Origin: Alphaproteobacteria bacterium | GTDB lineage: Bacteria > Pseudomonadota > Alphaproteobacteria > JAJFFI01 | Assembly (NCBI GenBank): GCA_030066595.1 | Contig: JASJBI010000036.1 | Coordinates: 10,456-74,455 of the forward strand | DNA: 64,000 bases | Direction: 5' to 3' | Shown here: positions 1-12,260 of the stretch, piece by piece | Numbering within the stretch: position 1 is the first letter of the stretch | Layout: every line of letters starts with the position of its first letter | The notes under the pieces: model-generated | The model's database searches: none | The model's input: the letters and a program-made list of their open reading frames with translations, nothing else | Told to the model about the DNA's origin: nothing | Program-made: the position numbers and the translations under genes

Positions 1-278
1 TGGCCAGCGGCCAGGTCGACGCGATCTCGATCGCCACGCCCAGCGCGGCGGTGCTGATGAAGAAGCGGCCCGGCGTCTACAAGGTGGTCGGCACGGTCGG
101 CGAGGCCTCCTATCTCTCCTGGGTGACCCGGCCAGACGACCTCGATCTGCGCGACTACATCAACAGCAAGATCGACGAGCTGCGCGAGGCCGGCCAGCTC
201 AAGAAATGGCAGCGGAAGTGGTTCGGCTTCACCATGAAGACGCCGAAGGAGGACTACCTGCCGCCGAACGCCTTCTAG
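1..278 (+). CDS. Amino-acid ABC transporter substrate-binding protein, C-terminal part (5' end outside window)
   Basis: The frame is open from the window edge. The C-terminal sequence (..YINSKIDELREAGQLKKWQRKWFG..) is typical of family-3 solute-binding proteins, and two permease genes follow. Confidence 0.7.
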   Translation, partial: ASGQVDAISIATPSAAVLMKKRPGVYKVVGTVGEASYLSWVTRPDDLDLRDYINSKIDELREAGQLKKWQRKWFGFTMKTPKEDYLPPNAF

Positions 279-404
279 CCCGCTCCGCGGGTTCGGCACC
301 GGCCCGCTCTTTCGCCCGGCCGCCCCTGGCAGCATCCTTGGGCTGGCCGGGTGCGGGTGCGGCCCGGTGAGGCCAGCAAGACCGAAAAGGCACCAGCGCG
401 CCGG

Positions 405-1064
405 ATGTTCGACTTCACGGAGACGCTCGACCAGCTGCCCCTGTTCCTCGAGGGGGCGCTGGTCACTCTGGGCGTGTCCCTGCTCGGCGCGCTCATGGGC
501 ATCGGGGTCGGCCTGGCGCTGGTGTTCATGCGCCGGGCGCGGCTCGGCGCCCTGCGGGGCGTCGCGATCGTCTATATCAGCTTCGTCCGCGGCACCCCGC
601 TCCTGGTGCAGATCTTCTTCGTCTACTACGCGCTGCCCGGGCTCACCGGCATCGACCTCCCGGCCTTCGCCGCGGGCGTGCTGGCGCTCAGCCTCAACAG
701 CGGCGCCTTCGTGGCCGAGATCCTGCGCGGCGGGCTGAGCGCGATCCCGCGGGGCCAGGCCGAGGCGGCCCGGGCGCTCGGGCTCAGGCCGACGGTCGTC
801 TGGGGCAAGGTGATCCTGCCCCAGCTCTTCTACATCACCCTGCCGCCGCTGGTGAACGAGTTCACCATGCTGGTCAAGGCCTCGCCGCTGTTGGCCGTGA
901 TCACCGTGGTCGAGCTGACCCGCACGGCGCAGAACGTCATGAACGTGACCTACCGCCCGGTCGAGGCCTTCCTGCTCGCCGCCGTGCTGTACTTCGTCAT
1001 GCTGTTCGTGCTCAGCGCGCTGACCCGCCGGGTCGAGGGCTGGGCCGAGGCCTACCGGACATGA
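405..1064 (+). CDS. Amino-acid ABC transporter permease (His/Glu/Gln/Arg/opine family)
   Basis: Multi-TM protein with an EAA-like loop (..IPRGQAEAARALGLRP..). The ATG at 405 (MFDFTETL) is preferred over the GTG at 351. Confidence 0.85.
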   Translation: MFDFTETLDQLPLFLEGALVTLGVSLLGALMGIGVGLALVFMRRARLGALRGVAIVYISFVRGTPLLVQIFFVYYALPGLTGIDLPAFAAGVLALSLNSGAFVAEILRGGLSAIPRGQAEAARALGLRPTVVWGKVILPQLFYITLPPLVNEFTMLVKASPLLAVITVVELTRTAQNVMNVTYRPVEAFLLAAVLYFVMLFVLSALTRRVEGWAEAYRT

Positions 1065-1792
1065 GCTTCGACCTCGCCATCCTGACCGACAACTGGCGGC
1101 TGTTCGCCGACGGGCTCGGGCTCACCGTGCTGATCTGCGCCATCGCCCTGCCGCTGGGCTTCGTGCTCGGCATCGGGCTGGCGCTCCTGCGCCTGTCCCG
1201 GCGCGGTGTGCTGGTCGCCGCGGCCATCGGCTATGTCGAGCTGATCCGCAACATCCCGTTCCTGATCCAGATCTTCCTGGTGTTCTTCGGCCTGCCCTTC
1301 TTCGGCATCCGGCTCGACCCCCTGCCGCTCGCCATCGTGGCGCTCGCGGTCTATGGCAGCGCGTATTTCAGCGAGGTGGTGCGCGGCGCCATCCTCTCGG
1401 TGCCGCGGGGCCAGGGCGAGGCCGCCCGCGCGCTCGGCCTGCGCCCGGCCATGGTCTTCCGCAAGGTGATCTTTCCCCAGATGCTCGGCTATCTGATCCC
1501 GGCGTCGACCAACCTGACCATCACCCTGATCAAGGAATCCGCGGTGCTCTCCGTGATCACCGTGGCCGAGCTCACCTACATGTCCCAGTTCATCATCGGC
1601 CGGACCTTCGCCCCGGTCGAGGTGTTCACCGCGATCTCGCTCCTGTACTGGGGCTTCACCGGCCTGGTCGCGGGGCTGATGTCTGTCCTGGAGCGGCGGG
1701 CCACCCGCTTCGCCCGCCTGTCCGAGACCACCGGGCCCCTCCGCCGGGGCCGCCGCGGCCTGGCCGGCGGCATGGCCAAGCCTGCGGAATAG
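1061..1792 (+). CDS. Amino-acid ABC transporter permease (second subunit)
   Basis: Paralogue of the previous permease (..VPRGQGEAARALGLRP..). ATGA start/stop overlap with the upstream gene. Confidence 0.85.
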   Translation: MSFDLAILTDNWRLFADGLGLTVLICAIALPLGFVLGIGLALLRLSRRGVLVAAAIGYVELIRNIPFLIQIFLVFFGLPFFGIRLDPLPLAIVALAVYGSAYFSEVVRGAILSVPRGQGEAARALGLRPAMVFRKVIFPQMLGYLIPASTNLTITLIKESAVLSVITVAELTYMSQFIIGRTFAPVEVFTAISLLYWGFTGLVAGLMSVLERRATRFARLSETTGPLRRGRRGLAGGMAKPAE

Positions 1793-1857
1793 GCGATGCG
1801 AGGCTGCCGGACCGCTGGCGATGCGCTATCCTCACCGCCAACAGGGAGGCGCAGGTT

Positions 1858-2079
1858 ATGGCACTTGGCGGCGGGGACATCGACTGGCGCAGCGGCAAGG
1901 TCTGGCAGCGGATCGGCTACACCGCCTCGGCCGCCTGGATGATCTTCGTGGTCGTCGCCACGGGCAACGACGTGACCCATCCGCTGTTCAACTTCATCTT
2001 CATCGTGCCGCTGGCCGGCTGGATCATCGGCATCGCGGTGGCCAAGCTCATCGCCCGGCGGCGCCCGCCGGACAGTTAA
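1858..2079 (+). CDS. Small membrane protein, 2 predicted TM helices, hypothetical
   Basis: GGGAGG Shine-Dalgarno 7 nt upstream of the ATG, two hydrophobic helices, GC3-rich codons. Confidence 0.5.
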   Translation: MALGGGDIDWRSGKVWQRIGYTASAAWMIFVVVATGNDVTHPLFNFIFIVPLAGWIIGIAVAKLIARRRPPDS

Positions 2080-2116
2080 GGCTTAGTCGCCAGCCGACTG
2101 CCGAACATCTGCAGAC

Positions 2117-2276
2117 GCTCACCCTCGCACTTCGTCCTTCGAGACGCCGCCTTCATCCTGAGGAGGCCTGCAGGGCCGTCTCGAAGGAGAAGGCGGCTCC
2201 TCAGGATGAAGTGCTCTGCGTGATGTGAAGATATGCCAAACCGCAACCTCACCCTGAGCTTGTCGAAGGGTGAGGC
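2117..2276. repeat. Cluster of REP-like interleaved palindromes (units cttcatcctgagga..tcctcaggatgaag and tcaccctgag..cgaagggtga)
   Basis: Complementary arms are visible: cttcgagacg/cgtctcgaag, gccgccttc/gaaggcggc, cttcatcctgagga/tcctcaggatgaag. The same unit types recur at 28774-29337. Confidence 0.7.
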
Positions 2277-2337
2277 AAACCAGCACCGCGCTGCGTTTCA
2301 AGAATCCGTCACACTAGAACCGACGATCGCGACCGCA

Positions 2338-2526
2338 TTACCCCTGCCAGAGGAACAGCGCCATCGAGACCCCGAGCATGGCGACGCCCAGATTGACCAG
2401 CCAGAGGCCCTTGCGCCGGTCGGCCTCGGGGCGCTCCGGGTCGCGCAGGCGGGCCAGTCCATAATAGACACACAAGACGCCGCCGCCGCCGAGGCCACCG
2501 AGCAGATAGGGCAGTGCCGCGTCCAT
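2338..2526 (-). CDS. Small membrane protein, hypothetical
   Basis: 62-aa ORF with two hydrophobic segments and high GC3. It starts 22 nt downstream of the cinA-like stop on the same strand. No clear SD. Confidence 0.4.
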   Translation of the reverse strand: MDAALPYLLGGLGGGGVLCVYYGLARLRDPERPEADRRKGLWLVNLGVAMLGVSMALFLWQG

Positions 2527-2547
2527 GATTGATAGATCGTCCGGCGC

Positions 2548-3339
2548 TCAGCCGGCCGGTGCGGGGTCGTCGGCGACCTCGCCGTCGAGCGTGGCGATCA
2601 GGGCGCGCAGGTCCGCCTCCGCCCGGCCGAGCGCGTCCTCGTCGGTGCTGCGCAGCACCACGCTGACGCCGAAGCGGCGCAGCCGGAAAAACGGATAGCT
2701 GCCGATCTCGAGCTCCGGATAGCTCTCCTGCAGCGTCGCCAGCCCCGGCGCGATCTGTCCTTCGGCGAGAAAGCAGCTCACCGTGCGCGAGATCATCGGG
2801 CGGCCGCCCACGACCCGGTGGCGCAGGCTCTCGAGCATGGCCTGGAAGATCATCGGCACGCCGGCCAGGACAAAGACGTTCTCGAGCTGGAAGCCGGGGG
2901 CCCGGCTCACCGGGTTGTCGACCAAGGTGGCGCCGACCGGGATGTCCGCCATCTTGAGCCGCGCCGCGGTGAGATCGCCGGGCGCGTAGTGGCCTTCCAG
3001 CAGGGCCACGGCCTCGGCGTTGCGCTCGATCGGCACGCCCACGGCCTTGGCCACGCAGGCCGCGGTGATGTCGTCATGGGTCGGCCCGATGCCGCCCGAG
3101 GTGAACACGTAGTCGTAACGCCCGCGGCAATCGTTCACGGCCGCGACGATGGCGGCCTCCAGATCGGGGACCACCCGCACCTCGCGCAGCCGGACGCCCC
3201 AGTCGTTCAGCTTGCCGGCCAGGAACGGCAGGTTCGCGTCCTTGGTCCGGCCGGACAGGATCTCGTTGCCGATGATGATCAGGCAGGCGGTGACCTCGGC
3301 GGGGCGATTGCCGGGATCGGGCGAGGCGGTCGCGGTCAT
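2548..3339 (-). CDS. CinA-like molybdopterin-binding (MoCF biosynthesis) domain protein
   Basis: Motifs ..IIIGNEILSGRTKDANLPFLA.. and ..FTSGGIGPTHDDIT.. are typical of the CinA N-terminal domain. The internal ATG at 3339 is preferred. Confidence 0.8.
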   Translation of the reverse strand: MTATASPDPGNRPAEVTACLIIIGNEILSGRTKDANLPFLAGKLNDWGVRLREVRVVPDLEAAIVAAVNDCRGRYDYVFTSGGIGPTHDDITAACVAKAVGVPIERNAEAVALLEGHYAPGDLTAARLKMADIPVGATLVDNPVSRAPGFQLENVFVLAGVPMIFQAMLESLRHRVVGGRPMISRTVSCFLAEGQIAPGLATLQESYPELEIGSYPFFRLRRFGVSVVLRSTDEDALGRAEADLRALIATLDGEVADDPAPAG

Positions 3340-3561
3340 GGCTGGGCGGCCTCTCGGTGGCTTGGACGCAGGCATCATAGTGCAGGCTGGCCGGGCTGCG
3401 CAGCCCGCTCTTAACGCGATTTTCATCAAACATGTCCAAGTGTAACCACAAAGAAATATGGGCGTACTCTGCCCGCCACCGAGGTCCGTCCGGGGGATTG
3501 CCTATCGCAGGGCGCGAAGCCCATTCGTAGTCAAACATTCGAACACAGTTGGAAATCCATC

Positions 3562-4707
3562 ATGTCGATGCGCGTAGAGCAACTTCTCTGGACCCGGTCG
3601 CAAGGCTGGCAATCAGTGGCCGGATCCGGTCCGGTCGACAAGCCCCAGTTCGTCCTGTACTTCGGCGGTTCCGCCGTGCTGAAGGCAGGCGACATCCACC
3701 AGGAACTGGCAGCGCGCTATCCGGGCGCCCATCTGCTGGGCTGCAGCACCGGTGGCGAGATCGTCAAGGACGAGGTCCTGGACGACAGCGTCGTTGCCGC
3801 CGCGGTGCATCTGGACGAGAGCCGGGTGCGGCTCGCCAAATGCGACGTCGGTCCCGGCGAGGACAGCGTGGCGGCGGGGCGCAATCTGGCCGAGGAACTC
3901 CAGGCACCGGATCTCAAGGCCGTCTTCGTGCTGTCCGACGGAATCCACGTGAACGGCAGCGCCCTGGTCCAGGGCATCACCGAAGTGGTGGGCGAGAACG
4001 TCCCGCTGACCGGCGGCTTGGCCGGCGACGGCGACCGGTTCGAGGTCACCTTCGTCGGCGCCGACGAAAAGCCCGCGGCCGGACGGATCGGCGCCCTGGG
4101 CTTCTACGGCGACTCGCTCAGCGTCGGCCATGGCAGCGTCGGCGGCTGGGACGTGTTCGGACCCGAGCGCATGATCACCCGGTCCGAGGGCAACGTGCTG
4201 TACGAGCTGGACGGCAAGCCAGCGCTGGACCTCTACAAGAACTATCTCGGCGAAGACGCCAACAACCTGCCGGGCAGCGCGTTGCTGTTCCCGCTCAAGA
4301 TCCGGCCGGCCGGCGAGGGAACCGCCGCGGTCGTGCGCACCATCGTCGGCATCGACGAAGACGCGCGCAGCATGATTTTCGCCGGCAACGTGCCCGAGGG
4401 CTATGTCGCCCAGCTGATGATCGGGAATTTCGAGAACCTGATCGCAGGGGCCGAAGACGCCGCGCAAATGGCACTGAACGGTTTCCGCAGTGAGGACAGC
4501 CTGGCCGTCATGATCAGTTGCATCGGCCGCAAGCTGCTGCTCGGCCAACGCATCAGCGCCGAGGTCGAGGCGGTCCGGGATGTACTGACGCCGGAGATGC
4601 CGCAGATCGGCTTCTACTCCTATGGCGAAATCTCGCCCCATGCCGACTCCGGAATGTGCGAGCTGCACAACCAGACGATGACCATCACGGTCTTCTCGGA
4701 GGCCTAA
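3562..4707 (+). CDS. FIST N/C-domain sensory protein
   Basis: Typical FIST features: ..LLGCSTGGEI.., ..GFYSYGEISPH.., and a C-terminal ..CELHNQTMTITVFSEA. Confidence 0.85.
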   Translation: MSMRVEQLLWTRSQGWQSVAGSGPVDKPQFVLYFGGSAVLKAGDIHQELAARYPGAHLLGCSTGGEIVKDEVLDDSVVAAAVHLDESRVRLAKCDVGPGEDSVAAGRNLAEELQAPDLKAVFVLSDGIHVNGSALVQGITEVVGENVPLTGGLAGDGDRFEVTFVGADEKPAAGRIGALGFYGDSLSVGHGSVGGWDVFGPERMITRSEGNVLYELDGKPALDLYKNYLGEDANNLPGSALLFPLKIRPAGEGTAAVVRTIVGIDEDARSMIFAGNVPEGYVAQLMIGNFENLIAGAEDAAQMALNGFRSEDSLAVMISCIGRKLLLGQRISAEVEAVRDVLTPEMPQIGFYSYGEISPHADSGMCELHNQTMTITVFSEA

Positions 4708-4709
4708 GC

Positions 4710-7166
<2,457 letters not shown>

Positions 7167-7424
7167 CGGACGGGGCACCCCGCCGGCGCGATCGGCGCGG
7201 CCCGCCGAGCGACCGTCGGGAGCCAGATCGGTCCAAAACATCGTCCGAACGGCAGCCGCCCTGGCGAAAGCGAGTCGCCGGGGACGCGACCCGCGACTCC
7301 GAGCCACCTTTTGCCTGGTCCGATAGACCCGCCTCTCTGGCCGGGCTTCCGGGACTTAACGAAGGCTCTCTCTGCCCAAAGGTTTAGAGACCTTTAACCG
7401 AAGGCCTACATCATCCCACCGATC

Positions 7425-8456
7425 ATGCGCATATCGGCCTCTTCTGCGATTCTATTCCTGACGACGGTTGCGGTCTTTCTGCTCACCGCCGAGGGCCTGA
7501 TTCGCGTCCGCAACTGGAGCCAGACCAACTACCATGTCGAGATGTGGCGTTACGCTCGGCTCCTGAAGCAGCCCAGCGAGAACCCCATCCTCGGTCACGT
7601 GCACGTGCGCCCGTCCGAGGCCTTTCTGCAGAAGGTCAAGATCCGCATTAACAGCAAGGGGCTGCGGGGCGGCCCGGTGGCCCCGATCCGTCCGGGCCAG
7701 CGGCGGATCCTGCTGCTCGGCAGCTCGATCGCCTTGGGCTGGGGCGTCGACGAGCAGGACACCGTCGCGGCGCAGTTGGAAACCCGGCTGAGGGCCGATT
7801 CGGAGGACGTGGTCGTCTTCAACGGGGGCATCGGCAACTACAACGCAGTGCGATACGTCGAGCGCTATCTGACCATGTTGTCGGATCTCGAGCCCACCGA
7901 CATCGTCTTGCTCTACTTCATCAACGATGCCGAACAGCTCGAGTCCCGTGCCGGCAACTTCCTGCTGCGCAACAGCCAGCTGGCGGTGACCCTGTGGATC
8001 GCCAGGAACCGCATCCGGGGGCCCAGCGGCAAGGGCGATCTGATCGAACATTACCGCCAGATCTATGCGCCGGACGCCACCGGTCACACGGCCATGCTGT
8101 CCGCCATGAATCGCCTCAGCGTCGCCGCTGCCGCCAGCGGCACGCGGGTCTATTTGGCAGTGGTCCCGGACGTCCACGATCTCGCAAATTACCCTTTCGG
8201 CTTCGTTCACCAGCGCATGGCCCAGGTCGCCAGTCAGTTCGGCTTTACCTTCGTCGACCTCCTTCCGGCTTTGGACGGACTTGGGCCGGAGGACATTTGG
8301 GCCCTGCCGACCGACCCGCACCCGAACGGTCTCGGCCACCGGAGGATGGCGCAGGCCCTCTATCCGGTCCTCAGGGAACGCTCGCGATCTCCGCAACGAC
8401 CGCCCTTTCGGGCCGTCGGGGGCGGCGATCGCGGTTCACCAACAGCTGCGCCCTAG
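7425..8456 (+). CDS. SGNH/GDSL-family hydrolase with N-terminal membrane anchor
   Basis: SGNH blocks ..LLLGSSIALGWG.., ..FNGGIGNYN.. and ..DPHPNGLGH.. follow an N-terminal hydrophobic helix. Confidence 0.7.
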   Translation: MRISASSAILFLTTVAVFLLTAEGLIRVRNWSQTNYHVEMWRYARLLKQPSENPILGHVHVRPSEAFLQKVKIRINSKGLRGGPVAPIRPGQRRILLLGSSIALGWGVDEQDTVAAQLETRLRADSEDVVVFNGGIGNYNAVRYVERYLTMLSDLEPTDIVLLYFINDAEQLESRAGNFLLRNSQLAVTLWIARNRIRGPSGKGDLIEHYRQIYAPDATGHTAMLSAMNRLSVAAAASGTRVYLAVVPDVHDLANYPFGFVHQRMAQVASQFGFTFVDLLPALDGLGPEDIWALPTDPHPNGLGHRRMAQALYPVLRERSRSPQRPPFRAVGGGDRGSPTAAP

Positions 8457-8543
8457 AGAGAGCGGGATCGTCGGCCGCCGCCGGCGGCGTGCCGCGACAG
8501 AATTGATTCAATATGGCCGGGTCATGCTCTAGGCTCCGGCGCC

Positions 8544-9266
8544 ATGCGCTTTCCAGATCCCTTGCTCCGCGGCGTCCTGATCCGGCGCTACAAGCGGTTT
8601 CTCGCCGACGTCATCCTGCCCGACGGCACCGCGGTCACGGCCCACTGCCCCAATCCGGGCTCGATGATGGGTTTGGTGGCGCCGGACAGCGAGGTCTGGC
8701 TGTCGCCGGCCCGAAATCCCGAGCGCAAGCTCCGCTACACGCTGGAGCTGGTCCGCGTAGCGGACGGCGTCGGAGACAGCCTGGTGGCCGTGAACACGGG
8801 CCTGGCCAACAGTCTCGCTGAGGAGGCGATCGGCGGGGGCCGCATCAAAGCTCTCGCCGGGTACCACTCGATCCGACGCGAGGTCCGCTACGGCCAAAAC
8901 TCGCGAATCGACCTGTTGCTTGAGGCGGACGGGCGTCCACCCTGTTACGTCGAGATCAAGAACGTGACCTTGAAGCGCGATCAGGCCCTGCCTGGGGTCG
9001 CGGAATTCCCGGATGCGGTCACCAAGCGGGGCGCCAAGCACCTGCGGGAGCTCCAGGACATGGCCGCCCAAGGCGCACGCGCCGTCATGCTCTACATCGT
9101 GGCGCGCCAAGACTGCGCGCGGTTTGCGGTCGCTGAGGACATCGATCCGGACTACGCAGCCGCGCTGGCCAAGGCGACCGCCAGCGGGGTGGAAGCGCTC
9201 TGCTACGGCTGCCGCCTGAGCCCCGAGGCGGTCACCGTCGAGGCCGCCTTGGGAGGGCCGGCCTGA
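8544..9266 (+). CDS. sfsA: Sugar fermentation stimulation protein SfsA
   Basis: N-terminus ..GVLIRRYKRFLADV..AHCPNPGSM.. and ..VEIKNVTL.. are SfsA signatures. Confidence 0.9.
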   Translation: MRFPDPLLRGVLIRRYKRFLADVILPDGTAVTAHCPNPGSMMGLVAPDSEVWLSPARNPERKLRYTLELVRVADGVGDSLVAVNTGLANSLAEEAIGGGRIKALAGYHSIRREVRYGQNSRIDLLLEADGRPPCYVEIKNVTLKRDQALPGVAEFPDAVTKRGAKHLRELQDMAAQGARAVMLYIVARQDCARFAVAEDIDPDYAAALAKATASGVEALCYGCRLSPEAVTVEAALGGPA

Positions 9267-9386
9267 CCGCCCAGCCTCAGCCCATCCGCTGCCTGGATTT
9301 GACGGAGTCTTGCCCCGTGCGATATAGCAATCCATCTGTACATGAGGCGTTCCGCCCGCTTGGAGCGCCAGCCATGGAATGAGCGG

Positions 9387-10211
9387 ATGAACCAGATGGA
9401 CTTGGCCGGCTCGCGCGAGACCGGCACGGCACTGATCAAGATCCACGGGCCCGAGGACTTCGAGGGCATGCGCAAGGCTGGACGGCTGGCCGCGGAAACC
9501 CTGGATTACATCGTCCCGCATGTGCAGCCGGGCGTCTCCACGGAGGATCTGGATCGGCTGTGCCATGAATTCATCGTCGAGCATGGGGCGGTGCCGGCGC
9601 CGCTCAACTATCGCGGCTTCCCAAAGTCGGTCTGCACCTCGGTCAACCATGTCGTCTGCCACGGCATCCCGAGCGAGAAGAAGCGGCTCGAGGAGGGCGA
9701 CGTCATCAACATCGACGTCACCGTGATCCTGGACGGCTGGCACGGCGATACCAGCCGCATGTTCTTCCTGGGCGATGTGGGCGTGAAGGCCCGCCGGCTG
9801 GTCGACACCACCTACGAGGCGATGATGCGCGGCATCGCGGCGGTCGGGCCGGGCGCCACACTCGGCGATATCGGCCACGCCATTCAGAGCTTCGCCGAGA
9901 GCCGGCGGTTCAGCGTGGTGCGGGACTTCTGCGGCCACGGCCTCGGGCGGATCTTTCACGACGCGCCCAGCATCCTGCATTTCGGCGAACCCAACACCGG
10001 CCTGCCGCTGCGCGAGGGCATGTTCTTCACCATCGAGCCGATGATCAACGCCGGCCGGCACGAGGTGAAGATCCTGTCGGACGGCTGGACCGCGGTGACC
10101 AAGGACCGCTCGCTCTCGGCCCAGTTCGAGCACTCCGTGGGGGTGACCGCGGACGGCTGCGAGATCTTCACCCTCTCGCCTGCGGGGCTGGACCGGCCGC
10201 CTTATTCCTGA
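9387..10211 (+). CDS. map: Type I methionine aminopeptidase
   Basis: ..NYRGFPKSVCTSVNHVVCHGIP.., ..DVTVILDGWHGDTSRMF.., ..FCGHGLG.., ..TIEPM.., ..AQFEHSV.. . The start is chosen among ATGs at 9342, 9387 and 9396. Confidence 0.9.
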   Translation: MNQMDLAGSRETGTALIKIHGPEDFEGMRKAGRLAAETLDYIVPHVQPGVSTEDLDRLCHEFIVEHGAVPAPLNYRGFPKSVCTSVNHVVCHGIPSEKKRLEEGDVINIDVTVILDGWHGDTSRMFFLGDVGVKARRLVDTTYEAMMRGIAAVGPGATLGDIGHAIQSFAESRRFSVVRDFCGHGLGRIFHDAPSILHFGEPNTGLPLREGMFFTIEPMINAGRHEVKILSDGWTAVTKDRSLSAQFEHSVGVTADGCEIFTLSPAGLDRPPYS

Positions 10212-10350
10212 GCCCGCGGCCGCCGCCGCTTCCGGGCCTCCCCGACAGAGTCCTGGCCACGTGTCGGCCCTCGAAGCGCTTGCGCCCCGGAGGACAGTTC
10301 GGCTTGACTGGGCGGCAGGTCAATCTGGTCTGTTGAGGTGAGCCCGGGTC

Positions 10351-11031
10351 GTGCCCGACAAACCCCACTATCACGGCCATCGCCAACGGTTGCGGCAGCG
10401 GTTCCTCAAGGGCGGTCCGGACGCGCTGCCGGACTACGAGCTCTTGGAGCTGATCCTGTTCGGCGCCAACCCGCGCGGCGACGTCAAGCCGGTGGCCAAG
10501 GCGCTGCTGGCCGAATTCGGCGATCTGGCCCGGGTGCTCAGCGCCGAGCCCGAAGCGCTCGCCCGGGTCGCGGGCGTCGGCGAGACCGCGATCGCCGCGC
10601 TCAAGGCCGTGCAGGCGGCCGCCATCCGCCTGACCCGGGCCGAGGCGACGGAGCGCCCCTTGATCGGCTCCTGGGACAAGCTGCTGGCCTATTGTCATGC
10701 CAGCATGGCCTACGGCAAGACCGAGCAGTTCCGGCTCCTGTTCCTGGACCGCAAGAACAAGCTGATCGCTGACGAGGTGCAGCAGCAGGGCACGGTCGAT
10801 CACACCCCCCTCTACCCGCGCGAGGTGGTCAAGCGGGCGCTCGAGCTGGGCGCCTCGGCCATCATCCTGGTGCACAACCACCCCTCGGGCGACCCGACGC
10901 CGTCGGCGGCGGATATCGAGATGACCCGCGAGGTCAGCAAGGCGGCCGCGGCCGTCGGCGTCACGGTCCACGACCACGTGGTGATCGCCCAGTCGGGCCA
11001 TGTCTCGTTTCGCAGCGAAGGGCTGCTTTAG
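10351..11031 (+). CDS. radC: RadC-family JAB/MPN domain protein
   Basis: ..ELLELILF.. N-terminal HhH region and a JAMM motif ..[18 protein letters not shown].. . GTG start. Confidence 0.9.
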   Translation: MPDKPHYHGHRQRLRQRFLKGGPDALPDYELLELILFGANPRGDVKPVAKALLAEFGDLARVLSAEPEALARVAGVGETAIAALKAVQAAAIRLTRAEATERPLIGSWDKLLAYCHASMAYGKTEQFRLLFLDRKNKLIADEVQQQGTVDHTPLYPREVVKRALELGASAIILVHNHPSGDPTPSAADIEMTREVSKAAAAVGVTVHDHVVIAQSGHVSFRSEGLL

Positions 11032-11053
11032 GGCGTTTCTGCTATCGCGATCG

Positions 11054-11126
11054 GCACCGGCCCACTCCCCGACCCGCCCACCCCAAGGATACTGCCATGC
11101 GTGGCCGGGTGGAGGAGTGGGCCGGC
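11054..11126. repeat. REP-like long imperfect hairpin (family gcccactcccc-acccg-ccac)
   Basis: The left arm caccggcccactccccgacccgcccac pairs imperfectly with gtggccgggtggaggagtgggccggca. A near-identical family member lies at 34371-34442. Confidence 0.6.
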
Positions 11127-11314
11127 ACAGCTCCGCTCAGGGCAATACAGACTGACGGGCCAGGAAAAAATGGTTAACGGCGGAAACACCCTGTTAAGCA
11201 TTCGCTGATACTGAATTGCCTGTAATTGCAATTCTGAATCCACGCCGAGCGGCCACAGGCGGGGCGCCGCGCGGCCATGTCACCGGCCGAGGCCGAGAAA
11301 ACACAGAAGACCCC

Positions 11315-11737
11315 ATGGGAGCAGCAAGCAAACCGCGGCTTATGGTCGTCGACGACGAGTGGGAGGTCTGCGAAAGCGTGCGCCAGATCGCCCAGCGGTT
11401 CGGCTACGAGGTCTGCGTCACGTCGCGCTCTCGCGATTTCCAGGCGGCTTATGACAGCTTCCAGCCCGATATCGTGATGCTGGACATCGTCATGCCGGAT
11501 ATGGACGGCGTGGAGATCCTCAAGCAACTGGCCGCCCGGGACAGCCGCTCTCGGGTCATCATGATGACCGGCTACAGCGACGGATATCTCGCCAAGGCGG
11601 TCGAGCTGGGCCGCGGCCTGGGCCTGGCGTCGATCTCCGGCGTGCAGAAGCCGTTGACCGTCAGCCAGCTCAAGCGCGTGCTGAAGAAACCGGCGGGCCC
11701 CGACAAGGAATCGGAGACACAGGCTTATGCGTCATAA
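11315..11737 (+). CDS. Single-domain response regulator (CheY-like receiver)
   Basis: ..RLMVVDDE.., ..DIVMLDIVMPDMDG.. (canonical Asp), ..MMTGY.., ..QKP.. . The ATG at 11315 is preferred. Confidence 0.85.
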   Translation: MGAASKPRLMVVDDEWEVCESVRQIAQRFGYEVCVTSRSRDFQAAYDSFQPDIVMLDIVMPDMDGVEILKQLAARDSRSRVIMMTGYSDGYLAKAVELGRGLGLASISGVQKPLTVSQLKRVLKKPAGPDKESETQAYAS

Positions 11738-12260
11738 CGTCATCGCCTTCGCGCCCGATGGCGGCGCGGCAGCGGTTCGGGACGACATGACCGGGCTGCC
11801 CTCGCAGGTCCTGGTCTGGGAGATGCTCGAGCACGGCCTCAAGCGGGCTGCCCGGGATCAAAAATCCCTGGCCGTTCTGCTGGTCTATCTGGAGGGATTT
11901 GGCGAGATCAACCGCAACCATGGCAGCGAAGTCGGCGACCGGGCGCTGCTGGCGGTCACGGGCCGGCTCAAGCACCTGCTACGCAGCACCGACACCGTGG
12001 GCCGCTTTGGCGGGCCGAAGCTGGCCATCCTGCTCGAGACCATGAGCGAGATGGCGGACATCCAGCTGGTCGCCGAGAAGGTCGTGGAGGCGGTCCGCGA
12101 GCCGATCCAGCTGGGCGGTCTCCAGCTGAAGCTGTCCTGCAGCATCGGCATCTCGCTGTACCCATGCATCGCGTCCGACCCCGAGACGCTCATTCGCTGC
12201 GCGACAGACGCCATGGACGCGGTCAAGGATCGAGGCGGAAACGGATTCCAATTCGCATAA
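11727..12260 (+). CDS. Degenerate GGDEF-domain protein (GGPKL replaces GGDEF; RxxD I-site retained)
   Basis: GGDEF-fold landmarks ..DMTGLP.., ..GSEVGDRALL.., ..SCSIGISLYP.. . The active-site motif reads RFGGPKLAILL (12009-12023), with RSTD (11982-11993) five residues upstream. It overlaps the receiver gene by 11 nt. Confidence 0.8.
   Translation: MRHNVIAFAPDGGAAAVRDDMTGLPSQVLVWEMLEHGLKRAARDQKSLAVLLVYLEGFGEINRNHGSEVGDRALLAVTGRLKHLLRSTDTVGRFGGPKLAILLETMSEMADIQLVAEKVVEAVREPIQLGGLQLKLSCSIGISLYPCIASDPETLIRCATDAMDAVKDRGGNGFQFA

Noticed and set aside
2119-2532. Small ORFs (60-99 aa) over the REP cluster
   Set aside because: Their translations (..PQDEGGVSKDE.., ..LSLSKGEANQ..) are the usual readings of palindromic repeat DNA. 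They are open on both strands and have no SD.
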